DNA of 64,000 nucleotides from Octopus sinensis (GCF_006345805.1 NC_043004.1:5890001-5954000); one strand, 5' to 3'. Numbered from the stretch's first letter, positions 10,036-22,403 are shown. Numbers and translations are program-made. Notes: a model not told the origin generated them from the sequence alone.

Positions 10036-12456
10036 GTGAACTGGCCCACAAATACTCCGAAGTTAGGCAAGTGCTCTACATCAGATAGGGCAGCAGCAGA
10101 ACTGCTCTTTAATCTGATGGATGAGTATTTCCTGACTCAGCTAGTGCTTGAACCAACGAGACAGAATAAAACGATCTTGGATCTGGTACTGACCAATCAC
10201 TCTAGCTACGTTCACAGCATTTCAGTCGAAAAAACTCTCCTCTCAGACCACGACATGGTACTCTGCAATCTTAATTCCCGACGTATAAAAACCAAACCAG
10301 CCAATCCCACTCCATGGCACCCATTTGACAACATAAATTTCCACAAAGCGGACTGGGGAACAATCAGAAAGGATCTGTCTTCCATCGACTGGTCTTTTAC
10401 TCTTAATTCCCCTCATATTGAGACCGCGTGGCAGCACTTTGAAACCATTGTCACCGACACATGCTCTAAACACGCTCCCAAGAAATCTACTAACACAAAC
10501 AGAAACCGGCTCCCTAAAAAGAAAAAAACACTCATCAGGCGCATCAAAAGACTCAACAAAAAAATCAACCAATTAAAATATTCCCACACGCAACATCCAC
10601 ATTCAACAACAATGAAAAGACTAGAGCTGGAAAAACTTCATCTGCAGACTAACATGAAAACCTCCATTGAAAATCAAAGAGCTGTGGAGGAACAATGGGT
10701 AATCAAAAACATCAAACAGAACCCAAAAGTGTTCTATTCTTATGCAAATAAGCATAGAACCACTGTCTCACCTATTGGGCCATTGATTGATGAAAACGGC
10801 ATTCCCCAACACGATGCTAAAGAAATGGCAGAAATACTGCAGAAACAATATTGCTCTGTCTTCAGTGTTCCCACTGATATTGATGTGAGGAAAACGAACG
10901 AAGCTGACTCCCAACACAAAATCGCCAGTCTCCTGAAGGAATGTAGATATCAACTTGCAGTCCCTCTGACCAACCTCTGGAGAAACTCGTTAGACGCAGG
11001 TTATATACCGAAAAAGTTTCTATCCCAGTCGGTCATCCCGGTTTTCAAACAGGGAAACAGATCCCTCGCAGTCAACTATCGCCCAATCTCACTCACCTCC
11101 CACATCATTAAAGTGTTTGAAAGAGTGTTAAGATCAAGGATAGCTGACTTCCTGGAGACCCACAAACTCCTAAATTCAAATCAACATGGCTTTCGCTGTG
11201 GCAGGGACTGTCTAACACAGCTCTTACACCACATTGAAGATGTACTCAAAGCCTTGGGAACAGGTTCGAACTCTGACGTCATATACCTTGACTTCAGTAA
11301 AGCGTTCGACAGGGTAGACCATAACATCCTACTCTCAAAATTGGCAAATGTTGGAATCCGTGGAAAAGTTCTACACTGGATTCAGCATTTCCTAGCGAAT
11401 AGAACACAACATGTTGTAGTTGATGGAGTCCACTCAAACCCAGCAAAAGTCACCAGCGGTGTTCCCCAGGGAACTGTTTTGGGTCCGCTACTCTTCATAA
11501 TTTATGTAAACGACCTTTCCAGTGTCGTACATCACTGCAAAGTGAAAATATTCGCTGATGACACTAAGCTCCAGCAAATCGTCAATGAAGAAGCAGACCG
11601 AACTCAACTCCAGTCTGACCTATATGCTGTGAGTCAATGGGCAGACAGAAACAAAATGCAACTGAATGAGGGAAAATTTGAGCTGATGCATTTTGGAAGA
11701 AATTCCTCACTAAAACAACCATACTCTCTTCCTTCAGGGGAACCGCTCACAGCCTCTAACAATATCAGAGACCTGGGTGTAATTGTTGATGACGATCTCA
11801 GTTGGAGTGCACACATCAACAAGAAGGTCGATACAGCTCGTAGGATGAGTTCCTGGATCTTAAGAACTTTCCGGTCCAGAGAACAAGGTGTCATCATACC
11901 ACTTTTTTCATCCTTTGTACGGCCACACCTTGAATACTGCTGCCCACTGTGGTCTCCTCACACAAGACAAAACATCTCCAGAATTGAGTCACCCCAGAGG
12001 GCTCTTACTAAACAAATTGAAGGCATGGCTGCTCTCGACTATTGGGATCGCCTTAAAGCCTTGAAACTTTACTCCCTCCAGCGTCGCCGTGAGCGGTACA
12101 TCATTTGTACGATGTGGAAAATATACCGCCAACTTTGCCCAAACGACCTAAACATTAGCTTCAAGGTTCATCCGAGACTTGGACCACGGGCTATACGTCC
12201 CCTGCCAAATTCAAGATCACAACATACATGTACACTGCAACATAATTTCTTTTCCTCAACAGGCCCTGCCCTATTTAACATTGTCCCGAGGGAGATCAAA
12301 GAGGAAAAGGATCCCATCAACTTCAAACATAGTCTGGATAGATTCCTTCAAAGAATACCAGACAAGCCACCCATAATTGGATACAACTCACCCAACAAGA
12401 ACTCACTACTTGAACAAAACTGGATACAACTCACCCAACAAGAACTCACTACTTGA
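10036..12456 (+). CDS. LINE ORF2 remnant: APE C-terminus plus reverse transcriptase (806 aa)
   Basis: PTR..ILDLVLT..SDH (APE); YRPISLTS, QHGFR, YLDFSKAFD, GVPQGTVLGPLLF, FADDTK (RT). The usual xPGPD motif near 10900 is missing. Confidence 0.92.
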   Translation: MNWPTNTPKLGKCSTSDRAAAELLFNLMDEYFLTQLVLEPTRQNKTILDLVLTNHSSYVHSISVEKTLLSDHDMVLCNLNSRRIKTKPANPTPWHPFDNINFHKADWGTIRKDLSSIDWSFTLNSPHIETAWQHFETIVTDTCSKHAPKKSTNTNRNRLPKKKKTLIRRIKRLNKKINQLKYSHTQHPHSTTMKRLELEKLHLQTNMKTSIENQRAVEEQWVIKNIKQNPKVFYSYANKHRTTVSPIGPLIDENGIPQHDAKEMAEILQKQYCSVFSVPTDIDVRKTNEADSQHKIASLLKECRYQLAVPLTNLWRNSLDAGYIPKKFLSQSVIPVFKQGNRSLAVNYRPISLTSHIIKVFERVLRSRIADFLETHKLLNSNQHGFRCGRDCLTQLLHHIEDVLKALGTGSNSDVIYLDFSKAFDRVDHNILLSKLANVGIRGKVLHWIQHFLANRTQHVVVDGVHSNPAKVTSGVPQGTVLGPLLFIIYVNDLSSVVHHCKVKIFADDTKLQQIVNEEADRTQLQSDLYAVSQWADRNKMQLNEGKFELMHFGRNSSLKQPYSLPSGEPLTASNNIRDLGVIVDDDLSWSAHINKKVDTARRMSSWILRTFRSREQGVIIPLFSSFVRPHLEYCCPLWSPHTRQNISRIESPQRALTKQIEGMAALDYWDRLKALKLYSLQRRRERYIICTMWKIYRQLCPNDLNISFKVHPRLGPRAIRPLPNSRSQHTCTLQHNFFSSTGPALFNIVPREIKEEKDPINFKHSLDRFLQRIPDKPPIIGYNSPNKNSLLEQNWIQLTQQELTT

Positions 12457-12463
12457 ACAAAAC
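12378..12463 (+). repeat. Perfect 43-bp tandem duplication at the LINE ORF2 3' end
   Basis: TGGATACAACTCACCCAACAAGAACTCACTACTTGAACAAAAC twice (12378-12420, 12421-12463). Confidence 0.97.
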
Positions 12464-12914
12464 TTGACTTAAACAGGATTCGAATAATCCTATCAGGTGG
12501 TGCTATTAAGTTAGACATGGCCTGGACCAATCTCTGGTCGAAACATATCTAAGTTTTATCTAAGTTTTAGTACACGGTTTCAAATAACATGGAAGGTAGA
12601 AATATTTTTCTTCGATTGTTTCACATTCAATTTTTCTTTCAATTTTTCCAAGTGTATGCAGTATAAGCCAGACTTCGTTATTGTAATATTTGAAAAAATT
12701 TCAAATTTTATGAAAATTGACAGCCCTATTCATAGATCATAGAGGTTAGTCCACATTACTCTGTAAGGAGTATGGGACCGCGACCATTTCATGCCAGTGG
12801 ACACGATATTGGGCTCCCTCCTTGATTTCAGACCAAGTGAGACAGATTACTTTTGCTTTATTTTCCACGTATCTAGGTCTTCTTAGGTCGTCCAACTTAC
12901 TGTTTTCCTTCAGA

Positions 12915-13051
12915 GGAAATTATACACACACACATATATATATAGATATACGTACATATATATATATACATATATATATATACATACATATATATATACA
13001 TGCATACATATATACATACATACATATATACATACATATACATACATATAT

Positions 13052-13108
<57 letters not shown>

Positions 13109-13142
13109 GTATGTAGTATGTATGTATGTATGTATGTATGCA
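12915..13142. repeat. Compound (TA)n/(TACA)n/(TATG)n microsatellite
   Basis: Directly visible. Confidence 0.95.
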
Positions 13143-13149
13143 TAAAATA

Positions 13150-13235
13150 CAAAATGGGACAAGAACGCAAAACATCCGGACAGCTAGGTGATACAAAAAG
13201 GGACAACAAAACATCCAGATAGACGATACAAAAAA
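13150..13235 (-). repeat. Dispersed repeat; second copy at about 52530-52618 in opposite orientation
   Basis: AAAATGGGACAAGAACGCAAAACATCCGGACAGCTAGGTGATAC...CATCCAGATAGACGATACAA matches the reverse complement of 52530-52618. Both copies abut (TA)n. Confidence 0.8.
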
Positions 13236-13274
13236 TATATATAAACAAATTTAAAAAGAAAACACGAAGACGAA

Positions 13275-13865
13275 GTCTGTCCTTGCCTGGGTGAATTGGC
13301 GTTTCAACTGACCTTTGAATTTACTTCAGTTTCCGGAAGCTCCTATGTTTCGTATGATCTGGTTGAGTCCGCTGTAGAATACGGCTTTCGATATTCTTGA
13401 TTTGTCTAGCCGTGAAACATGGCATGCCCATCTAAGCTTTTTTAACAGCAGCATGGTTTCAATGCTCGGGGCATTGACCTGTCGGAGGATCTCGTTGTTG
13501 GTGATGTGTTCCTTCCATGAGATATCCATGATGGAGCGAAGGCATCTCTGGTGGAAGCGTTCTAGCAGCTTGTCCTACTTCTTGTACTGCATCTAAGTTT
13601 CTGACCTTTAGAGGAGAAAGGTAATGACAACTAGCTTGTTGATTGATTCTGGTGGACAAATGCAGTACCTGTTTCTGCCATACACGTTTCTGCAGATGTC
13701 CAAAGGAAGTGTTGGCTTTCGCTGTGCGGTTGTCAACGTCCTTTTCACAAGTTGCATCACTAGAGATGACTCTTCCCTGGTAGATGAATTGTCCGACTGC
13801 GTTAACGGGGGTGTCCTTTCATGCTGATTTGCGGTGGTCGATATGTGGCAGATAGTGGTTTCTGG
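13275..13865 (-). pseudogene. RTE-clade LINE RT C-terminal fragment
   Basis: FIYQGRVISSD...KDVDNRTAKAN..FG.LQKRVW and ISWKEHITNNEIL...IETMLL..LRWACHVSRLD.SRISKAVFYS, with frameshifts. Confidence 0.9.
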
Positions 13866-14014
13866 AACAGCACTTCAGTTTTCCTCATACATACATACAT
13901 ACATACATACATTCATACATACATACATACATACATACATACATACATACATACATACATACATACATTTAGAACTTTTTTTGTTTGTTTATTGTGGGAA
14001 ATCGGCAAAAGTAC

Positions 14015-14475
14015 ATCCTTAACTTAGAATCACGTCCCAAAGACCGGCTCTTATCTTCAGAACGTAAAAGACAGACGAAACGTTGCTCAGTATTTTGACC
14101 GGCGTACAAGTGATTCTGCCCGCTCGCCATTTTGTTTGTTTTAAATATTAGTTTCAAATTTTGGCACAAGGCCAACAATTTCGGGAACAGGGGCGGCTTG
14201 GTAAGTTGATTACATCGATCCCGGTATCCAACTGGTACTTATTTTATGGACCCTGAAAGGATGAAAAGCAGCGTCAACCTTAGTGGCATTTGAACTCAGA
14301 ACGTAAAGACGGACAAAATGCTAAACTTGCTTAAAATATTCTTTTCTAGGCCCGAAATGTTGGGGGAGGGAGCCAGTCGATTAGATCGACCCAAGTACGT
14401 AACTGGTACTTAATTTATCGACCCCGAAAGGATGAAAAGCAAAGTCGACCTCGGCAGAATTTGAACTCAGACTGT
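14015..14475 (-). mobile_element. SINE family B, three tandem partial copies
   Basis: Repeated GAACTCAGAACGTAAAGAC and ACCCCGAAAGGATGAAAAGCAAAGTCGACCTCGGC motifs. Confidence 0.85.
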
Positions 14476-14898
14476 AAAAAACTTGCTTCAAATATTACAT
14501 GCAAAATCATTTTTTCCTGCATATGGTGGCTAAAATCGGGTTGCATCTATATGCCCGCGCGCCTTTTTTGTCATCAAATACAGTGAATTTGATCACAAAT
14601 GATGTCGACACAAACTATTCGGCAAATCTTAAAAAGAAGAAATAATCTTTACTGGAGTTAGGGAAGGTAATATGTAACGTGAAAGGCTCTATCACCGAGC
14701 CACATTGCCTGCAGTGTAGGCCCCACACAATTGTATTAGAACTGCTAGACAATGAATCATAGTTTTATTTATGTGTTCCACGTGAATTCACACACGCGCT
14801 AAATTGACAGCTTTGTAACAAAAGAGGAAACGAATGAAAATGATTATAATAAACGAAGGTCAATGCAATAGTGAACTGGTAAAGACGCTCGTATGAAA

Positions 14899-15203
14899 TC
14901 AAGCAGATATTTTCAAGTGATTCCCTTCTAGGGTTGAGACGAGAAAACAAATGCAATATTTTAATGTTGACAAGCGCGCATTGAATAATAAGAAGTAAAT
15001 TTTTGGCGAGTCAAGTCCGCGACACAGATTCGATTTGTGGTTGAAAGTCCTTTCAATTGTCTTTTTCTTTCCCTTGACAATACTATTGCGAAAAGAAGGT
15101 AGGCTTATGTCCAGTGAGATACTAGATTTAACTGGAAGTGTAACATCTCTCATTTGTTCCAAACTATTCAATTGGTTTATTCGGTGCCATGAGACAGTCG
15201 CAG
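14899..15203 (-). CDS. Candidate terminal coding exon of an unidentified host gene
   Basis: Pyrimidine tract plus TTTCAG acceptor, about 100 open codons to TGA, and AATAAA about 130 nt downstream. No homology recognised. Confidence 0.25.
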
Positions 15204-15708
15204 CTGAAAGGAACTACTAAGAAAATAGATAAATAAATAAAAGAACCATTCCTAATGTCCTCTCCCTTTCTGTTGTTTCAAGTAAAAATATTCTATATCG
15301 ATATTTGAGCATGTATTCAGCTGTGTACAAACATACATGCTTGCGTGTATATGCCCCTATGTACCTGCATTTGTGTATATATCAATATATGTAATATACT
15401 GATATAAATACCTGTGTGTATGCATGTGTATATATATGTAAACGTCTGTACATGAGTCTGCATGTATATAAGCATGCATCTATGCCATATGTGGATACGT
15501 TCTTTTCAGTTAGGATGGTGTAGGTATACGTACATGGCACATACTCATGATTGTACTACTAGTTCAATAATTCGGTCATACTAAATTGAGATTATCCTAT
15601 AGGCGCCTTTTCTAAGTGCAGTCATTTTTTGTCTCTTGCTCCCTCTCCTCACCTTTCGTCATCCCTCCTTACTTAAGCTCCATCTTATCTTTTGGTTTTT
15701 GTTTAAAG

Positions 15709-16213
15709 CAGTGATTCTAAACCCCTTTTGCCTATGGACACTTTTGATTATTCTTCTATTCTGGTGGACCCCTAGAACCATTCAATATTTAAAATATCTA
15801 ATTCTATTTTTATAATTGAATATTGTTAGGAATTGTATAAAAGCCGTTAAAATATTTTGTGCGTTGCCATAACTTTTAACAACAAACTAAATTCTATGCA
15901 AAATGAATGTCTACAAGTAAAATAAATCATAAATATGCAAGGATATTTTTATAAAAAAAAAAAAGAAGATACTACTTTAATGCAACTCTAATGTTAGCCT
16001 CATAGCAGCATCTGCTACGAGGCTAGTCTTAAACATTATTATGTGGAACAATGTTAAGTATTAGAGAAAGAAATTTAGCTGTTCCTTGCAATAAGTACGT
16101 CTAAAGCAAAAGTTTGTCGCGTACATCTAAAACACTACTGTGGACACCCAGTTTTCTGTTTCGCTTGCGTGGATGCCACAAAATATAATAAGGACTCTGG
16201 TTGAGAACTTCTG
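15709..16213. mobile_element. hAT-type MITE, old
   Basis: Termini CAGTGATTCTAAACC / GGTTGAGAACTTCTG; flanks GTTTAAAG / TTCCAAAG (5 of 8 match). Confidence 0.6.
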
Positions 16214-17646
16214 TTCCAAAGCGTTGGGTTCTTTCTACAACCCATCTCAGTTCAACTCCCTTCCTTCATTCACCACGCCATATGGACTTCTGACGCTCTC
16301 TCGACGGTTCCTCCACTACTCCTTCGACAACATGATTTATTAGTTTTCACTCAAGTGACACCACTTTCTCTTTCCCCTTCTCTCTGACAAAGAGCTAGGA
16401 CCCAAAATAGCAATTTTTCTCCACGCCGCAATTGGGTTGATCCAATGATGAAGCCTTTATGTGGCAGCTAGGAATAGCAACCAAAACTCCCCACTAAACA
16501 CAAATGTATCCTACCGTCATACAAAGAAAGGTTATATTGAATTATTTATGTCGAAAGATACTGTTTTGTCTTAAGGCCTGGACACGGGCCTATGCATAAT
16601 TCTAATCTATGTGTGCTGTGGCGTGCTGTCAATAAATAAATATTACAGAGCCCAGTGCATTAATTTGTCCGAGGGGAGGTGGGTGCTATACTGCCGCTAA
16701 GACGGTCCTGTCTTCATATAAGTAAGCATGACGTCAACGAAAGAAATATTGGACTGGGGGGAAAATGAATTAGCAAGGTGATGCAATTTTTCAATAATGA
16801 GACTTAAAGAAAATATAAATTCACTTGACTATTTATGTATCTCTAAACTCGCCTATCTTTTCCCGTTGTCCATCTATCTGTCTATCTAACTAGCCATCCA
16901 TCCATTTATCTATCTATATCTGTATGTATATAAATGTGATAAAAAATAATGTCGTGGCCAGTATTACTATTGACTGTCCAAAGGCAGAAAAATATTATTA
17001 ACTGACTCTGATCTTGCTTAGTTAGAGAGACTGTAATCTCTACGGTAAAATAATTAACAATAAAGACTGAATCACTGAATAATGATGCGCTGTGAATTGA
17101 AGTAGAGAAACAAATCTTTCGTCTGAACAGAAACGTGAGGCAAAGAATTATTTTTAACAGATGAGGTTTTGTAGCGCAGACTTATTGATCAAAGACATTT
17201 CAATCAAGACCATTGTTTTCTTAAGGGGGATTGTATGCCTACATCTTTTATTCTTTTAAATGTAGTAATTATGATATGTCCTCTCTCTTTGAAGATCTGA
17301 CGTGATCTGACGCAGATTTGTCACCTGCTTCTAGGAGGTTGGTCGACCATGTAGGGTCTTACATAATGCAAAATAATTATAGTTTAGGGCCAGACCTAGG
17401 GTTGCTGGCACCCTGGTAATCTAGATTTCAGTGCCCTTGCAAGTGTATGTATATTTTTTTGTTTTCAGCCGAGAAGCTTGCTTTGCAACCATGTGGTTTT
17501 GCCATCAGTCCCACTGCGCGGGTATCTTCTATTACAGTCGCCAATTAACCAATGCCTTGTGAGTAAATTTGGCAGGCGGGAACTGTAAGGCCCGTTGTAC
17601 ACATACATCTCACACATACACACAGACGTATGTATATATACATTTG

Positions 17647-17710
<64 letters not shown>

Positions 17711-17749
17711 GTTGGAATTTACAAAAGAAAAAGAAACAAAAGGCAATAA

Positions 17750-17880
17750 CAGGTGTATAAACAACAAACACGTGTATTAGTTTAACGCCCGGGAAGGTGA
17801 GAAAGTCTTTTACGTTTCGAGCCTAGTCTCTTCAACGAGAAAATAAACAAAGAGAGAATTAAAAAAATTTTAGTGGCTAG
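17750..17880 (-). repeat. Penelope-like terminal-repeat remnant with a degenerate hammerhead-like motif
   Basis: Minus strand reads TCGTTGAAGAGACTAGGCTCGAAACGTAAAAG, related to the motifs at 39819 and 58596 but without an intact CUGANGA box. Confidence 0.45.
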
Positions 17881-17891
17881 CGGTCGACTAT

Positions 17892-17911
17892 GGTCGATCA
17901 TATATATATAT

Positions 17912-18002
<91 letters not shown>

Positions 18003-18062
18003 AAGAGGGAGAGAGGGAGAGAGAGAGGGAGAGAGAGAGGGAGAGAGAGAGGGAGAGAGAGA
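17892..18062. repeat. (TA)n-(GATA)n-(GA)n-(GAGAGAGAGG)n compound repeat
   Basis: Directly visible. Confidence 0.95.
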
Positions 18063-18504
18063 GATAAATAGATGCATAAAGTGTCTTTTTCTTTAGCTTT
18101 CCAATGTCGATTTGTTTACGTTCCCGTAACTTAGCAGCTCAGCGATAGAGAACGATAGAATCAGTACCAGATTTAAAAAGTAAGTACTGGAATCGATCTG
18201 TTCGACTAAAAATCCTTAAGGAGGTGTCCTAGCATGGCTGCTGTTCAATGATTGGTGACAAATAAAAGATAAAAGTTAGCCTAAAGCTCCCCACCAGAAA
18301 AAGGAAAATGAAGAAGGAATAGATGAATAAGTGTTCTTTTTCCAAGACTAAAATTATACTGGCTTCAAATTTTGGCACAAGGCTGGTAAGTCTGGAGGAG
18401 GAGGGAAAGTCGGTTACGTTGACTTCAGTCCCCAACTGGTACTTAATTTATCGACATCGAACGAACGAGAGCTAAAGTCGACCTCAGCGGAACTTGAACT
18501 CGAA

Positions 18505-18645
18505 TCCAGGTAAAAATTTTAAAAATATCACAGGAAAAATAAGTCACGGTAATAAAATCACAAGGGTTTTGTCGGGGAGGGGGTCCTATTGGGGGCTATC
18601 CGGATCCCATAAATTAATTGTGACTTTTTTCCTGTGACTTTTATT
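18505..18645. mobile_element. Small inverted-repeat element inserted among SINE B pieces
   Basis: TCACAGGAAAAATAAGTCAC ... GTGACTTTTTTCCTGTGAC inverted pair. Confidence 0.55.
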
Positions 18646-19177
18646 ATTGCTCAGCTTTGAACTCAGAGCTTAAACATGGGTGAAATACCCCGAACCGTTT
18701 TGCTTGGTACGCAAGCAATTCTGCCAACTCGCCACCTTAAAGGTAATTCTATATTGTTAACTATAAATAGTGTTCCAATTCGCAACCATTTTCAGTTTAC
18801 CGATCATAACATACCAATTCATTTTCTTAGACCTCGTGATTCATATCAAAGATACCTCCTTCGACCAAATGTGTCTTTTTGACAAGCTTTCAAGTGGCCG
18901 CCTTAAGCCGCAAACGATAAACTCATTTAAAAGACTTGAGGATCTTAAGACAGTAACACGAAACTGACACTTTCCCTTTTGATTCACACATTCTTGCATC
19001 TAAAGTCGACGACTTTCTTTGTGCTCTCACTCACACATTTTCTCTCTCTCCCCCTTTCACCCTCTCTATCACTCTTTCTGTAGACAACCTTCACATTTCC
19101 TACAACGCTCACCTACGCATTAATTAGGAATAAACTTGATTTCCCATACCAGATTTCACATTTTGTTTTCATTTCAT

Positions 19178-19558
19178 TTTACTCTTTTACTCTTTTACTT
19201 GTTTCAGTCATTTGACTGTGGCCATGCTGGAGCACCGCCTCTAGTCGAGCAAATCGACCCCAGGACTTATTCTTTGTAAGCCTAGCACTTATTCTATCGG
19301 TCTCTTTACCGAACCACTAAGTTACAGGGACGTAAACACACCAGCATCGGTTGTCTAGCGATGTTGGGGGGACAAACACAGGTACACAAACATATACATA
19401 TATACGACGGGCTTCTTTCAGTTTCCGTCTACCAAATCCACAAGGCTTTGGTCGGCCCGAGGCTATAGTAGAAGAGACTTGCCCAAGGTACCACGTAGTG
19501 GGACTGCACCCGGAACCATGTGGTTGGTAAGCAAGCTACTTACCATACAGCCACTCCT
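19178..19558 (-). mobile_element. SINE family A, near full length
   Basis: Continuous match from the CTTTTACTTGTTTCAGTCATTTGACTG tail to the CAGCCACTCC head. Confidence 0.93.
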
Positions 19559-19641
19559 TGTTTATTATATTAATTTTTTTCTAAGTGTTTGGAATATCCT
19601 TGATTTTTGATGTAGTGCTCCCTAACATGTGATGCCCTAAA

Positions 19642-20155
19642 CGCGAATTTTTTTCCCACGAGAGTTCCGGACCCCAGCAATGAACTCATTTGCATACAGC
19701 CAATCAGAGCTCACCTTGACCTTCTTGTCAAGTTAACAAACACACTCTACCAAGTAAATTCAAGACGAAGAACTGTGTTGCAAAGGAGACAAGTAATTTG
19801 ATAGATTTGTATCTATACATATTATCGGATTTTGTTAGGGTCCCATATGGTAAAGATGTGGATGGGGAGAGCGTGGGTAGAGGGTGATGCGCTAGTAAAC
19901 CCCTCCCCTTACTGTTTTACAAAGTAAACAACAATACAAATAATTACGCAGTGGTAGCCATGGTCGAAACAAGAACAAAAACAACAAGCAATATTTAAAG
20001 GAAAAAGAAGCATGGTCATTCCTCATCCAAGTGACCTTATTTTATTGTCCATCACTTATGCGCTCTTGAATTAATTTGATAGTTGAGCTCTGATTGGCTG
20101 TATGCAAATGAGTTCATAACCGGGGTCCGGAACTGTCGAGGGAAAAGATTTCGCG
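19642..20155. mobile_element. About 515-bp non-autonomous element with ~75-bp TIRs
   Basis: GTTCCGGACCCCAGCAATGAACTCATTTGCATACAGCCAATCAGAGCTCA versus the inverted GAGCTCTGATTGGCTGTATGCAAATGAGTTCATAACCGGGGTCCGGAAC; flanks CCCTAAAC / CCCTGAAC. Confidence 0.8.
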
Positions 20156-20554
20156 CCCTGAACGAGAGTCCAAGATGACGGCAGCTTCAGCCGGCGCCGA
20201 TACGGTTGAAGAGTTTAATGAAGATTAAGATGTAAAAAGAACAATAGAGAGATCATAAGCCAGAAAAACAGAGTGAAGACAAAAGCAAAGGAGAACATCC
20301 CATCAAAGCAATTACAGTGTGGAAAATATATTTTTCATTAAAAAAAAAGCAATATCTGTTAACTTCACTGAATCATTTATTGGTTTGGTGTTAAATTTTT
20401 CGTCGTACCAACTGCGACCTGGTCACTGATGCAATTTGGTTTGTGGTGAGATTGTTGGTTGGTAACTAAAGGTTCCAAAATTAAAAAAACTTCTTACAAT
20501 GGGTGTTCATTGTTGGTCAGCTAACTTGGAATTTGGTTGTATTTCATTAAAGGA

Positions 20555-20766
20555 TTACTCTTTTACTTGTTTTAGTCATTTTACTGCGGCCATGCTGGAG
20601 CACCGCCTCTAGTCGAGCAAATCGACCCCAGGACTTATTCTTTGTAAACCTAGTACTTATTTTATCGGTCGCTTTTGCCGAACAGCTAGGTTACGGAGAC
20701 GTAAACACACCACCATCGGTTGTCAAGCGGTGTTGGGGGACACACACACACAAACATATACACACA

Positions 20767-20826
<60 letters not shown>

Positions 20827-20991
20827 CGGCAGGCTTCTTTCAGTTTCCGTCTACCAAATCCACTCACAAGGATTTGGTCGGCCCGAGGGCTATAGTAGAA
20901 GACACTTGCCCAAGGTGCCACGCAGTGGGACTGAACCCGGAACCATATGGTTGGTAAACAAGCTACTTACTACAAAGACACTCCTTCGCCT
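20555..20991 (-). mobile_element. SINE family A, full length
   Basis: Same as 19178-19558, with an internal (TC)n(TA)n tract. Confidence 0.93.
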
Positions 20992-21053
20992 ATACAATAA
21001 ATTGATACAAATAAATATACATACATGAATGCGTATAGATGTATGTGCGTGCG

Positions 21054-21121
<68 letters not shown>

Positions 21122-21594
21122 CGTGTGTGCAACAAAACCTCCATAAACTCCCTCAACAAGTCTGACACCTACCTGGACTAGAGTCTCATTGAAGGACAAC
21201 TCTGAAACAATGAAGCCACAAAATACAAAAGATTCACACTACATTAAACGTATACACCCCATCGTCAACTGCCAAACGGATATTACTATTGTTTTGACAC
21301 CTGGACAGTATTATTTAATCTAGCAGTGTCAACAGTATCAAAATCATAAATGCTGCCTGCGAATTAATAGACAAGGTGTAGCAGCCAAACATAAAAACAA
21401 TATATTCATCATGTTGATAAGTCGTCACAGACCTGATTAAAAATCTAATAATAAAGTATACAAAACAAACCAAAACGGACATTGCCACCCGAAGCACAGT
21501 AGAACTTAAGGACTATAAAACGAACTAAACGTAGTAAAGTTATTAGACATAATCAAAAAATATATGTTGCAAACACAAAACTGAAAATAATGAT

Positions 21595-21949
21595 AACAAG
21601 AGCACTCAGAGAGCGCAAGCCTCCACCAAGGCAACACAAACGTCTTCTCAACTATTAGCCAGAGGTGATTTTTAAAATGAGAATATCTGAAATAAACTCG
21701 ACTGCTCTCAAAAGCGAGAATACTAAAAATGAACCCGACCGCTCTAAAAAAATTAATCCAGAATCCTTGTCCGGTATCGAATCGATCTCAAAATCTAATC
21801 AGTTCGTGCCACTCACGAGGTCAAACATCCCTGAAAGTTTCATCCGAATCCATCGAGTGATTCTTGAGATATCTTGTCCACGGACAGACAGACAAACAAA
21901 CAAACGCGACTGAAAAAATCCCCCCACTTTCGCTAAGGCGGAGGTAATA
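21595..21949 (-). mobile_element. Helentron-associated non-autonomous element (HINE / DINE-1-like)
   Basis: Minus strand starts TTATTACCTCCGCC, followed by a (GTTT)(GTCT) microsatellite. A subterminal inverted copy GCCTCCACC lies at the other end. This is the known HINE architecture. Confidence 0.75.
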
Positions 21950-22104
21950 AATCAAGGAATAATTATTCTCGGACGTAATCAAATAGATTAAATAAAAAAG
22001 ATGCAGCAATAAACATTACCATTTGATGACCAATGAAATACGATTAAAACAAAAATTTAAAATTAAACGAACTAAACTTGTGTGTGTGTGTGCATGTGTG
22101 TGTG

Positions 22105-22142
<38 letters not shown>

Positions 22143-22170
22143 AGCGTGTGTGCGTGTATGTGTGTGTGTG

Positions 22171-22320
22171 TAGCGTTTGACTTAGTGGTTAGGGTATTGC
22201 GCTCATGATCGTAAGATTGTGGTTTCAATTTCTGGGTCGGGTGATGCGTTATGACCTTGAGTACAACACTTCATTTTACGTTACGCCAGTCCATTCACCT
22301 GGCAAAAAATAACAATCATG
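22171..22320 (+). mobile_element. tRNA-headed SINE, family C, 5' part
   Basis: TGACTTAGTGGTTAGGG (A box), GGTTTCAATTTC (B box), then ACCTTGAGTACAACACTT...CCAGTCCATTCACCTGGCAAAAA as in 53598-53940. Confidence 0.7.
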
Positions 22321-22403
22321 CTACGGAGCAAATTACACTACAGAATCTGGGAAACTGGTATTACGAAACTCTGGCTCGAGAAGGACATTTGATCATTGAT
22401 AAA

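Larger units (their letters stand above)
10019..12568 (+). mobile_element. 5'-truncated CR1/L2-like non-LTR retrotransposon
   Basis: Starts mid-endonuclease (NFNLPHVNW), carries a long ORF2, then a short 3' UTR with a GACCA/TGGTC hairpin and an (ATCTAAGTTTT)2 tail. Confidence 0.93.

Noticed and set aside
10243-12530. Antisense and alternate-frame ORFs overlapping the LINE, mariner and hAT coding regions
   Set aside because: They are shadow frames of the real TE ORFs and carry no independent motifs.
12520-12546. GACCA/TGGTC hairpin followed by GAAAC as a hammerhead
   Set aside because: There is no CUGANGA box; it is better explained as a LINE 3' UTR stem-loop.
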